Assembly: GCA_903834195.1 (NCBI GenBank) | Contig: CAILIB010000003.1 | Span: 5,477-69,476 of the forward strand | Direction of reading: 5' to 3' | Origin: an uncultured Candidatus Berkelbacteria bacterium | Lineage (GTDB): Bacteria > Patescibacteriota > UBA1384 > CAILIB01 | Length of the DNA: 64,000 nucleotides | In this document: positions 29,130-37,479 of the stretch, one piece after another | Layout: each line of letters starts with the position of its first letter | Numbering within the stretch: the first letter of the stretch is position 1 | The notes under the pieces: model-generated | Seen by the model: the letters and a program-made list of their open reading frames with translations, nothing else | Databases searched by the model: none | What the model was told of the DNA's origin: nothing | Position numbers and translations under genes: made by a program

Positions 29130-29710
29130 CTACAAAATCTGTTGAATTTCACTCAACTCATGCACAATTTTCCATGCAACATCGGAAATCTTTGAACCCT
29201 CAAATGTAATTCCCTTTCCCGTTGCTTCAAAAAGTTATCTGTCATTATCACCGTCACCAATACACACGCATTGATCAATATTGATACCTACTTTTGTGGA
29301 AAATTCCTCGAGATAATTACGTTTCGCAATCCCATCGTCACCAAACATGACAAGATCCTTGAGGTAGTCATGTTCATCAAAAATGAAAATATTATTAGCT
29401 GCCGACAGTGTAATCTCATACCCTTTTTCCTGCAGATTTTTTACAACATCCTGCGCGCCAGGCGAGTAAATATATTTCGAAATTGCTTCAAGAATATTTT
29501 TTCGACTCGCCTTGCCCTGCTTTTTATATATTGAAAGGAGAATCTTATTGCCTCTTCATATGACAGAACTCCTTCTTCATATCAGCGCATGAGAAGGTCA
29601 TCTTCTTCTTGGGTAACACCCATGGCAAGACTAAGGTTGAGCCAGCTATCTTCTTTGATCAAGGTTTTATTGAGATCAAAACAGACTAATGCTATACCTT
29701 CTTGTGTCAT
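29130..29710 (-). pseudogene. Decayed HAD-superfamily (SerB-like/HAD-IB) phosphatase gene
   Basis: My reverse-complement translation gives MTQEGIALVCFDLNKTLIKE...LLMR, then an in-frame TGA (29582-29584). Next comes YEEGVLSYEEAIRFSFQYIK and a frameshift at the A5/T5 run 29521-29525. The reading continues as QGKASRKNILEAISKYIYSPGAQDVVKNLQEKGYEITLSAA...CIGDGDNDR, an in-frame TAA (29235-29237), then LFEATGKGITFEG...QIL*. HAD motifs I (FDLNKT) and IV (GDGDND) are both recognisable. Confidence 0.85.
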
Positions 29711-30324
29711 GAGACCTGAGCTACAACCTGTATCCACACAGTACTTCCTTCTATTATTTCTTGCGACTGAAGGACACTAAATCCAGCATCTTTAAGTATT
29801 GAGTCTATCTGTTGTAGGGAATAATAATAAAAGTCACGTTCAAATCCACGTGTACGCGCAGTTCGCGCGTAGCCTTCACCTTGAATCATGCTCATAAAAA
29901 TTACCCCATCTGGAGGCAGTATGGTATGCGCTTTTTGAAGAAATGCAGCACTTTCTTCTGGAGAAAAATGGACGAATAATGCATTTGCGTAGATACAATC
30001 CTGCGGAATCGGTAAATCATCATGCTTTGCATCAAGTTTAAGCGGGTGTAACCCTGCCTTCCTCATCTCATCGAGAAAAGAATCAACGTAATCTGAAGGG
30101 GTAACAGTATACCCTTTTGAAGCAAAAATTATAGCATCTCTGCCATTTCCAGAACCTATTTCTAAGATACGTGCACCAGGCTTAATGTACTCACCTAGAT
30201 ACGCAATCCGGTTCTCAGGGGTTTCGCCACCAATTCTTCCATTACTATTGCTTTCTAAATACGTAGCCGTGTGTTGTTCGTATTGAGATTGATTGAAATC
30301 TTGTGGAGTGTTTTGCGTGTTCAT
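29707..30324 (-). CDS. Class I SAM-dependent methyltransferase
   Basis: 205 aa with motif I ILEIGSGNGRDAIIFASKGYTVTPSD. Its TGA stop overlaps the ATG of the HAD pseudogene (ATGA). Confidence 0.85.
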   Translation of the reverse strand: MNTQNTPQDFNQSQYEQHTATYLESNSNGRIGGETPENRIAYLGEYIKPGARILEIGSGNGRDAIIFASKGYTVTPSDYVDSFLDEMRKAGLHPLKLDAKHDDLPIPQDCIYANALFVHFSPEESAAFLQKAHTILPPDGVIFMSMIQGEGYARTARTRGFERDFYYYSLQQIDSILKDAGFSVLQSQEIIEGSTVWIQVVAQVS

Positions 30325-30386
30325 ATGTTTACTGTATCAAGTTTTTGATTTTACACTCAGAGAATCCGGAGTTTTTTGTAGACACA

Positions 30387-30806
30387 TTAACCATGCAAAA
30401 TTCCGTCCTCTATTAACCGCGGTACGAGAACGTTTGCGACGGTATCAGTTGCAGTCACCACATCAGTTCGAATTTCCTCTACAGTCACCCATCGAACATG
30501 CGCAATTTCAGAAGTCGGTACTGGATTACCTACTAGCTCGACAAGATAATATCCAAACGAACGCAAAATGTCCGGCCCGGCAGAGTGATACGATTGCAAA
30601 CTGAGAAGAAAATTGACAGACGATGCCTCCACGCCTAATTCTTCACGAACTTCGCGACGTAATGCCTCGACATTACCCTCATTTTCTTCAACCCTTCCAC
30701 CAGGTGTCCACCACACCTTGCTTTGTGAGTTGGTAACCAAAAGTAATCGCCCTTCACGGACTATTACTGCTCCAACGCGGTAGAATTGAGGTTCTTTGTT
30801 TTCCAC
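30387..30806 (-). CDS. NUDIX hydrolase
   Basis: 139 aa with the Nudix box GGRVEENEGNVEALRREVREELGVE. Confidence 0.85.
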   Translation of the reverse strand: MENKEPQFYRVGAVIVREGRLLLVTNSQSKVWWTPGGRVEENEGNVEALRREVREELGVEASSVNFLLSLQSYHSAGPDILRSFGYYLVELVGNPVPTSEIAHVRWVTVEEIRTDVVTATDTVANVLVPRLIEDGILHG

Positions 30807-30824
30807 ACTGCGATTTGTAAGAAA

Positions 30825-31325
30825 TTAAGAAGTCGTCAGCTGCTTAAAAATAACTTCCGACGTTTCCTCTGGGGACTGATTTGTGGAATCAATCATCGTG
30901 AATAATATATGTTTTTCACCCGTCAAATCAGCAAACACTTCATCAACACGCTTACCAAGCTGTCGTTCAGGTGGTCGTTGCGCATCTCGATCATGCAACT
31001 CATCTAATGTTGGGAGGAGTAAAAACGCATGTACATTATCAAAATACTCACGATATTTTGTAACATCAGCATCGTCAAATACATGATCAATAATGACCAC
31101 AAAATTCTTGGCAAGATACCGCTTAATCATGTCAATTGAGATGTCAGTCGCTAATACGCACTGACCTTCCTCGTCGGTATCGTTCCATGGAGCAACATAC
31201 CCTGCTTTCACAAAATCACGAAGATCGTCGAGTGAAAAATTCACCGATCGCTGAAATTTGTATGCAAGGATATTTCCAACTGTACTTTTGCCCGCACCTG
31301 GTGGACCTGTAAGGATAATTAACAT
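30825..31325 (-). CDS. P-loop NTPase / small-molecule kinase-like protein (AAA_33-like)
   Basis: 166 aa with Walker A at the N-terminus, MLIILTGPPGAGKSTVG. Size and layout resemble small nucleotide or antibiotic kinases. Confidence 0.6.
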   Translation of the reverse strand: MLIILTGPPGAGKSTVGNILAYKFQRSVNFSLDDLRDFVKAGYVAPWNDTDEEGQCVLATDISIDMIKRYLAKNFVVIIDHVFDDADVTKYREYFDNVHAFLLLPTLDELHDRDAQRPPERQLGKRVDEVFADLTGEKHILFTMIDSTNQSPEETSEVIFKQLTTS

Positions 31326-31376
31326 GACTAAAGTATATCAGATTTGAATTGAACAAATTAAACTTCTACGAGCCAC

Positions 31377-32252
31377 TTATTTTGTATGTTTACTTTTCAG
31401 ATACGGAACCGCTGCCGCCACAATAATTATTCCTGCACCTAAGATAGCAAGAAATGACGGGTTCTCCTGAAAAAGAACAGCTCCAAAAACAAGTGCAAAC
31501 ACAATTTCAAATAGCCCTAGAATCCCCGCTACCCCTGCATCAATAAGCTTCACCCCCTTTGTCAGTGACCACGAAGCTACAAGAGATGCGCCGGCAAAGA
31601 GAATAAGGTATATCCACTCAACATGCGCACCAATTACCGGATACTGCTCTCTGAACACAAAAAGCATGAGCGTATTTGCAATAACTGAAGTAACCCACAA
31701 CACCACCGTAGTTTGAGTCGCGTTATACTGAATGTTCTTACTAATTACTGTATTTAATGCTGTTGCTAAACCGCTTAACATTGCAGCGCCTAGAGCAAGC
31801 CAGGCAACATGAGAGGTTGAAGGAGAAAATATAAGAGCTAGCCCAATAATACCTAACATTACTGAAGCAGTTTTTGCTAAGGTAAAACGCTCGTGAGCAA
31901 GTAGCCAACCAAAGAACAACATCCCGATTACAATAGATGCGTACGCAACTGTAAGAGCCAAACCTACACCCGCATTCAAAACTGCATAATACAGCGGACC
32001 CCAAATAAAGAGAGAAGCTCCGATCATTCCCAAAATATAACGCCAATTCTTTTTTAGGTTTAATGGCTCAAACCTTTTTAACTTCCAAGTTATTGGTATT
32101 AAAAGTATGAGCACAACAACACTCCGAAGTGCAGATGCCGTGTATCCTCCAAAAAAATCTCCCATTAGCTTTGTCCAAATTCCGTAACTTGCGTAAAAGA
32201 GAGATGACAAGAGTATGAGTCCTGCTCCTAAAGGTACTTTTGCTTTATTCAT
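31377..32252 (-). CDS. EamA/DMT-family transporter
   Basis: 291 aa with about 10 TM helices in two homologous halves, typical of the drug/metabolite transporter superfamily. Confidence 0.75.
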   Translation of the reverse strand: MNKAKVPLGAGLILLSSLFYASYGIWTKLMGDFFGGYTASALRSVVVLILLIPITWKLKRFEPLNLKKNWRYILGMIGASLFIWGPLYYAVLNAGVGLALTVAYASIVIGMLFFGWLLAHERFTLAKTASVMLGIIGLALIFSPSTSHVAWLALGAAMLSGLATALNTVISKNIQYNATQTTVVLWVTSVIANTLMLFVFREQYPVIGAHVEWIYLILFAGASLVASWSLTKGVKLIDAGVAGILGLFEIVFALVFGAVLFQENPSFLAILGAGIIIVAAAVPYLKSKHTK

Positions 32253-32424
32253 ACACGTATCGTAGCAGCTTGATTCAAATCTTGCATTTACTATACAGAG
32301 AAATCAAATCATTGATGCCTCTGGTTTTTTATTACTAACTAATATAAAAGATTCTCTGAGAGACTCTTTTATATTAATCGTCCTAACGGGGCGATCTTTG
32401 AATTGATAGAAAATTACAAGCGAC

Positions 32425-32748
32425 TCAACTAATCCCTGTCTGTTTCTGAGAACCAATCCTTTTATACAAAACTAACTCACAATCTTGAGTAACCTCTATA
32501 ATACGATGAGGTTCACCTTCCCCAAAATAAATAAATGCACGCTGTGAAGATTTCACTACATCGCCGTCCTTTGACTCAAAAACTAACTCACCAGAAAGAA
32601 CTTGGTAAAACTCAAAAGTATTTGGATGTGAATGAAATTGTTCTTCACTATATCCGACTGGAAAAACGACAGTGCGAATAAAGAGGTCTGGATTATTCTC
32701 TTCACCACAGATTACACCTGGATCACTTGGATATTGAAAGTGTTTCAT
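32425..32748 (-). CDS. Cupin-domain protein
   Basis: The ATG at 32748 (MKHFQYP...) is preferred over the TTG at 32754. Cupin motifs are EEQFHSHPNTFEFYQVLSGE and GEGEPHRI. Confidence 0.7.
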   Translation of the reverse strand: MKHFQYPSDPGVICGEENNPDLFIRTVVFPVGYSEEQFHSHPNTFEFYQVLSGELVFESKDGDVVKSSQRAFIYFGEGEPHRIIEVTQDCELVLYKRIGSQKQTGIS

Positions 32749-32977
32749 ACCCAAAGTATATCAAGTTTAAAATAACAAAAAACTGCAGCCCGCGTATATG
32801 CAGTCCTGACAATTCAGGTGGGTTTCCTCACGCACACCCCACGGGGTGTACAAATATCGGAGTCCCAATGCATTAAGAGATAACTACATACGGGGCGGCA
32901 GCGGAATCACGATACCTCAAATATGAAATTTGCACAATGCTATTCCTGTACGCCGTAGCTTTGCTATACTTAGTTAT

Positions 32978-35350
32978 ATGACTTCTGCACTTGCTGTTCA
33001 GATTTGTCGGATTGTAGCTCCTGATAAACTCCCCGATCGCCTTCTGGCCTCGGGTGTTCTTCGCAAAGAGGGAGATGCTTCTATAAAAGACCAAGTAGTT
33101 CTGGCCTACCTTTTTGAGGTTACCAGACCATGGTTTTCTTCTTCGACTCTCCTTCCAACCCTTACCGCAACGCTTGAGGCTGAGTACGCTAAACTCACCC
33201 CAGCTCACCCACTTGATGACCAGCTCGAGTATGTTCTTAAATCAGTTAATCAAAGTCTGAACAAAATCTCCGAAGACGGTGAAACTGACTGGATCGGCTC
33301 TCTAAATGGTATTATCCTGGTTATTTCGGGCGAAGAAATCCACTTTTCTCAAACTGGCCGTTTCCCAGCCTACCTTCTACAGAACAACCGAATTCGCCAA
33401 ATTACTGACGACCCTCAGGTAAACCAAGAGCCACATCCGCTGCGAACCTTCGCCAACCTGGCATCTGGCCATCTTATTGAAGGTGATCAACTTCTCTTTG
33501 CTAATCAAGAACTCTACAACGAGATTTCTCTCGATGCACTTCGCCGTATTCTCAACAGTTCTACCCCGCTTGCATCCTCACTTACCATTACCAAAGAGTT
33601 AAAACGCGAAAAAAATCCGCTTGTTTCTTCGCTGATTATTAAAATTGAAAACCCAGCAAGTCTTCCAGCTACTCCTGAGGCTGAAGTAGTTTCTCTTGAA
33701 GAAGAAATGCAAAGTGTTCTTAAGAAGCTTGGGCGACAATTAGCTCCAGTTGCAAAAAAGGCTAAAGAAATTGGCAAGCAAGCCGGCGCTGCCAGCTTAA
33801 AAGCCGCTCAACAAACCAACGTAGCATTCAAAGAAAAAGTTGCACCAAAGGCAAGTGAACTTATCAAAAAAAGCATCAAGAGCTTGCGAGAAGAAGATAA
33901 AAAGCCAGAAGAAATTGGCACTCCAACTGAGGTGATTGTTGACGAAACACCTGTCGAACCACCAGTAGTCGAGATTATTCGTTCACGAAGTAAGCAAACG
34001 CACATTCACTTAGAAGCACTCGCTGCAGCTGCCCAGTCTCGATTAGAGCACCAAGAAGCAGAATTACCAACTCGCGCCTTTCCAGAACCTAACGCGAGGC
34101 CGCACACTCCTCCGCACCCTGCACTGATTTTCCTTACCAAAACACTTCCCCACATCATCTTAAGTGTCTGGGCACATGTTAAACTCTGGCTAGTAGTACC
34201 AAAAAATAAGAAAACTGCAGCACTTTCACTCGGTGTCGTTATCATTATTGGAACCATCGCAATTGCACTAAATTCACGTCACACCAGCACAGGTACCACA
34301 ACTGAGAAGTCTAACAATGTTGCAATTATCGAAAGCATTAGCACGCTGAAAGATAAAATTGTCACCGATATTAAACAAGACCAACAAGTTGAAGCACAGA
34401 AATTTGCAGTACAGGCCGGACAAGCCGCTGACACACTCCAAAGCCCAAGTACTAACCAAACTCAACAAGTTACCCAACTTCTTGCAGATATCAATACACT
34501 GGCTGATCCTCTCAGTAAGACAACTCGCTTTACCCAAGCCACTGCCACCTATTCACTTACAGCGCCCGCCAACGGTTTCATAGCTACACTCCCATATTTC
34601 TTCGCTTGGAATAATACCTCATCAATTTTACGTACAGGTATTGGTGCTGCAGCACAGGTCCAAGATAGTAAAATACTTCCAGATAGTAGTGATATCATTA
34701 TTGCCGCAGCTTCAAGTAATGAAGCAAATGTTGCAGGATATGCTTTGACCCGTCAAAACAAGGTCTACCGCATCATGCAAAACGGTAGCACTACAACACT
34801 TAAAGCAATTAGTCCTCAGTCAGGTGACTTTGCGGCTGGAGATACAATCACAACCTACAACGGCAATGTGTATATCTTAGATAGTAAAACTGGTCTGCTC
34901 TGGAAATACGCTAATTCAGGTACAACCTATGCCAAAGGCGTAAGTGTTATAGATATTAATAAATACGATATAAAAAATAATGTTTCTTTAGCGATTGATG
35001 GATCGATCTACTTCCTCAAGCCAAATAATACTATTACTAAGTTCACGAGCGGTAAGCAAGTACCAGATTTTCTGCTGAAAAACCTGCCTTACAATGTGCA
35101 GAATCCGGTACAAACCTCCCAAATTATTACCGCTGAAACCTTCCCGAGTATTTATGTACTTGATGCCGGTTCAACATCATCAAACCACTCTACTGCACGC
35201 GTAATTGAATACACCAAAGACGGCACATTTGTTCGGCAATACGCCTTTCCAGCAGATGCAACTCGGGTTCGCGGGTTTAGTATTAATCCGAAAGATAAGA
35301 AGCTCTGGATTCTTAACGGATCAGGTATTGAAGAATTTACCCTCCCGTAA
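32978..35350 (+). CDS. Large membrane protein: N-terminal PP2C/SpoIIE-like (degenerate?) domain, one TM region, C-terminal beta-propeller-like ectodomain
   Basis: The ORF is open from 32930. The ATG at 32978 is preferred because TATACT lies 7 nt upstream, suggesting a near-leaderless transcript. The N-terminal domain contains GSLNGIILVISGEEIHFSQTGRFPAYLLQNNRIRQITDD. A TM helix occurs at AALSLGVVIIIGTIAIAL. The C-terminal repeats include VYILDSKTGLLWKY, IYFLKPNNTITKF, IYVLDAGS and LWILNGSGIEEF. Confidence 0.6.
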   Translation: MTSALAVQICRIVAPDKLPDRLLASGVLRKEGDASIKDQVVLAYLFEVTRPWFSSSTLLPTLTATLEAEYAKLTPAHPLDDQLEYVLKSVNQSLNKISEDGETDWIGSLNGIILVISGEEIHFSQTGRFPAYLLQNNRIRQITDDPQVNQEPHPLRTFANLASGHLIEGDQLLFANQELYNEISLDALRRILNSSTPLASSLTITKELKREKNPLVSSLIIKIENPASLPATPEAEVVSLEEEMQSVLKKLGRQLAPVAKKAKEIGKQAGAASLKAAQQTNVAFKEKVAPKASELIKKSIKSLREEDKKPEEIGTPTEVIVDETPVEPPVVEIIRSRSKQTHIHLEALAAAAQSRLEHQEAELPTRAFPEPNARPHTPPHPALIFLTKTLPHIILSVWAHVKLWLVVPKNKKTAALSLGVVIIIGTIAIALNSRHTSTGTTTEKSNNVAIIESISTLKDKIVTDIKQDQQVEAQKFAVQAGQAADTLQSPSTNQTQQVTQLLADINTLADPLSKTTRFTQATATYSLTAPANGFIATLPYFFAWNNTSSILRTGIGAAAQVQDSKILPDSSDIIIAAASSNEANVAGYALTRQNKVYRIMQNGSTTTLKAISPQSGDFAAGDTITTYNGNVYILDSKTGLLWKYANSGTTYAKGVSVIDINKYDIKNNVSLAIDGSIYFLKPNNTITKFTSGKQVPDFLLKNLPYNVQNPVQTSQIITAETFPSIYVLDAGSTSSNHSTARVIEYTKDGTFVRQYAFPADATRVRGFSINPKDKKLWILNGSGIEEFTLP

Positions 35351-35396
35351 ACTGAAAACAGTTTCAGAGAGACACTTTTTTGCTATAGTGCAGTAA

Positions 35397-37157
35397 ATGC
35401 CAACCTTACAACAGTACGTTACTGATATTGTTTCAGCTGCGTTTTCAGCAGCCGGCTTCGACACTTCTTACGGTGCCGTGGTTTTTTCTGAACGCCCTGA
35501 CCTGAGCCAGTTCCAGTGTAATGGTGCTCTCAAGGCAGCAAAACAGTATGGTCAAAGCCCTCGTTCAATTGCCGAAGCAGTGTCCGTACAACTGCAACAA
35601 AACACAGAAATTCTGAGTAACGTTCAAGTTGATGGACCAGGTTTTCTCAATATTAGCCTGACCGACACTGCAATTGCCGCACAACTTAATCAGTACGCTC
35701 AATCGGAAATTGTACCACAGGATCAAAATCCTCAAACCGTAATTGTAGATTTTGGCGGACCAAATGTAGCTAAACCGCTTCACGTTGGCCATCTCCGATC
35801 CAGTATTATTGGCGACAGTATTCAGAAATTACATCGTGCACTTGGCCACACAGTTTACGGAGATATTCACCTTGGTGACTGGGGTACGCCAATGGGAATT
35901 CTGATTGCCTTTATTCAACGTGAGCAGCCTGAACTCATCTATTTTGACCCAACTATTACCGATGGATACCCTGCCGAATCTCCGGTTAGCATGGCCGATT
36001 TGGAACGACTCTATCCAGCTGGTTCTACACTATTAAAAGAAGATGCCGAATTTCAACGTGCAGCCCAACAAGCCACTGCCGAGTTGCAAGCTGGCCGACC
36101 TGGCTACCGCGCATTATGGAACCACTTCATTACGGTTTCTGAAGTTGGTCTCAAAGATAACTTTAAATCACTTGGAGTTGAATTCGATTGGTGGTATGGC
36201 GAAAGCCATTATCACGACCGAATTGACCCTCTAGTTGAGAAACTAAAGTCCGAAGGTATTGCAGTTGAAAGCAAGGGTGCACTTATCATCCCCCTACCGG
36301 AACAAAACGGCACTGAAATTCCCCCACTTATTTTATTGAAATCTGATGGAGCATTTTTATACAGCACAACTGACTTAGCATGTGTTGATGAGCGCGTCCA
36401 CGACAATCACGCCAACCAGATTATTTATGTGGTAGATCAACGTCAGCATCTGCACTTTACTCAGGTATTTAGTGCTGCCCGATTAGCAAAACTTTGCCCT
36501 GAAAATGTGCCACTTATACACGCTGGTTTTGGCACCATTAATGGCAGTGATGGCAAGCCTTTTAAGACCCGTGCAGGCGGCGTAATGCGTCTTCGTGATC
36601 TTATTACCATGGTCACTGAAAAAGCTACAGAGCGCATGGTGGAAGCTGGAATGAGCCAAGAGTACCCTGAAGCTGAGCAAAAAGAAATCGCTCGAAAAGT
36701 GGGTATTTCTGCCCTTAAGTTTGCCGATCTGATCAACAACCGAACCTCAAATTACATCTTTGATTTAGATCGGTTTGTTTCGTTTGAAGGAAAAACTGGA
36801 CCGTACCTGGTTTACACTGCCGTGCGTATTCAATCTATTCTGCGTAAGCTTAAGGTTCAACCTGATACTGATTTTGTCATGCAAGCTCCGACTGATGTTG
36901 AACGTGGACTCATGCTTACACTTTCCCAACTACCAGACGTAGTAAACGCAACTTTGGAAGGACTAACTCCACATACCCTCGCCGAGTATGGGTTTACACT
37001 TGCCCAAGAATTCAACCGATTCTATCAGCAGACCAGCATTATTCACGAGCAAGATACGCAAAAACAGCAAGGCTGGTTAGCACTTTCGCTTTTCACATTA
37101 AAACAGTTGACCTGGATTACTGAGATTCTTGGAATGGAAATTCCAGAACGGATGTAA
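35397..37157 (+). CDS. argS: Arginine--tRNA ligase
   Basis: 586 aa with the class I HIGH-type motif PLHVGHLRSS. The N-terminal add-1 and C-terminal DALR anticodon-binding layout fit, and the protein ends with the typical terminal M. Confidence 0.9.
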   Translation: MPTLQQYVTDIVSAAFSAAGFDTSYGAVVFSERPDLSQFQCNGALKAAKQYGQSPRSIAEAVSVQLQQNTEILSNVQVDGPGFLNISLTDTAIAAQLNQYAQSEIVPQDQNPQTVIVDFGGPNVAKPLHVGHLRSSIIGDSIQKLHRALGHTVYGDIHLGDWGTPMGILIAFIQREQPELIYFDPTITDGYPAESPVSMADLERLYPAGSTLLKEDAEFQRAAQQATAELQAGRPGYRALWNHFITVSEVGLKDNFKSLGVEFDWWYGESHYHDRIDPLVEKLKSEGIAVESKGALIIPLPEQNGTEIPPLILLKSDGAFLYSTTDLACVDERVHDNHANQIIYVVDQRQHLHFTQVFSAARLAKLCPENVPLIHAGFGTINGSDGKPFKTRAGGVMRLRDLITMVTEKATERMVEAGMSQEYPEAEQKEIARKVGISALKFADLINNRTSNYIFDLDRFVSFEGKTGPYLVYTAVRIQSILRKLKVQPDTDFVMQAPTDVERGLMLTLSQLPDVVNATLEGLTPHTLAEYGFTLAQEFNRFYQQTSIIHEQDTQKQQGWLALSLFTLKQLTWITEILGMEIPERM

Positions 37158-37158
37158 T

Positions 37159-37479
37159 ATGCTGACGTACCTCATTTTTACACCGCTCGTTTGTGCATAC
37201 CTTTTCTGCCTTGGAAAAGCACTCGTAGTTCAGTTCAGTGCTGCAGAGTTGTCTGACATTGCTCTAAAATGGTGGGCATACTCAGTTGGCATATTCTCTG
37301 TATCGATTATTATCGACCAGGTACTATTTAACGGAGTTAGCTCTGATCCTGGCCCAGCCATCTTTGTAATCGTTTTGGCCTGTTTTTCACTTACAGTTGA
37401 AACATTTATTCTTCTCATGATTACACTCGTAATTAGCAGAGTAATTACCTGGGCTAAAAGCCTGAAAAAAACTAAATAA
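37159..37479 (+). CDS. Small membrane protein
   Basis: The ATG at 37159 lies 1 nt after the argS stop. The 106-aa product has 3 hydrophobic helices and overlaps the convergent tyrS end by 8 nt. Confidence 0.45.
   Translation: MLTYLIFTPLVCAYLFCLGKALVVQFSAAELSDIALKWWAYSVGIFSVSIIIDQVLFNGVSSDPGPAIFVIVLACFSLTVETFILLMITLVISRVITWAKSLKKTK

Noticed and set aside
29582-29584. In-frame TGA in the HAD gene as a sign of UGA recoding (code 25 / Gly, as in some CPR lineages)
   Set aside because: TGA clearly terminates well-defined genes here (atpF at 890-892, idi at 25272-25274, the yvcK-like gene at 62152-62154). The same gene also has a TAA and a frameshift, so decay is the simpler explanation.
29271-29780. 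Plus-strand track ORFs 29271-29534 and 29589-29780
   Set aside because: They are antisense to the decayed HAD gene and to the end of the methyltransferase gene. The minus strand shows HAD motifs I and IV across the same span.
32840-32870. gaggaaaccca (minus strand) resembling the RNase P GAGGAAAGUCC box; also checked for the SRP RNA GGAAGGAAGCAGC motif
   Set aside because: Only ~175 nt of non-coding space is available, and none of the other universally conserved RNase P or SRP blocks are present.
32892-32920. ggggcggcagcggaatcacg resembling a tmRNA 5' end (GGGGCUGAUUCUGGAUUCGAC)
   Set aside because: The similarity is short. No tag reading frame or tRNA-like 3' end (…CCACCA) follows, and the downstream sequence is protein-coding.
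32873-33208. 111-aa minus-strand ORF, and the 32930 start of the 806-aa ORF
   Set aside because: The minus-strand ORF overlaps the start of the large plus-strand gene and the intergenic hairpins. The first 16 codons from 32930 lack an RBS or promoter context, and the ATG at 32978 fits better.
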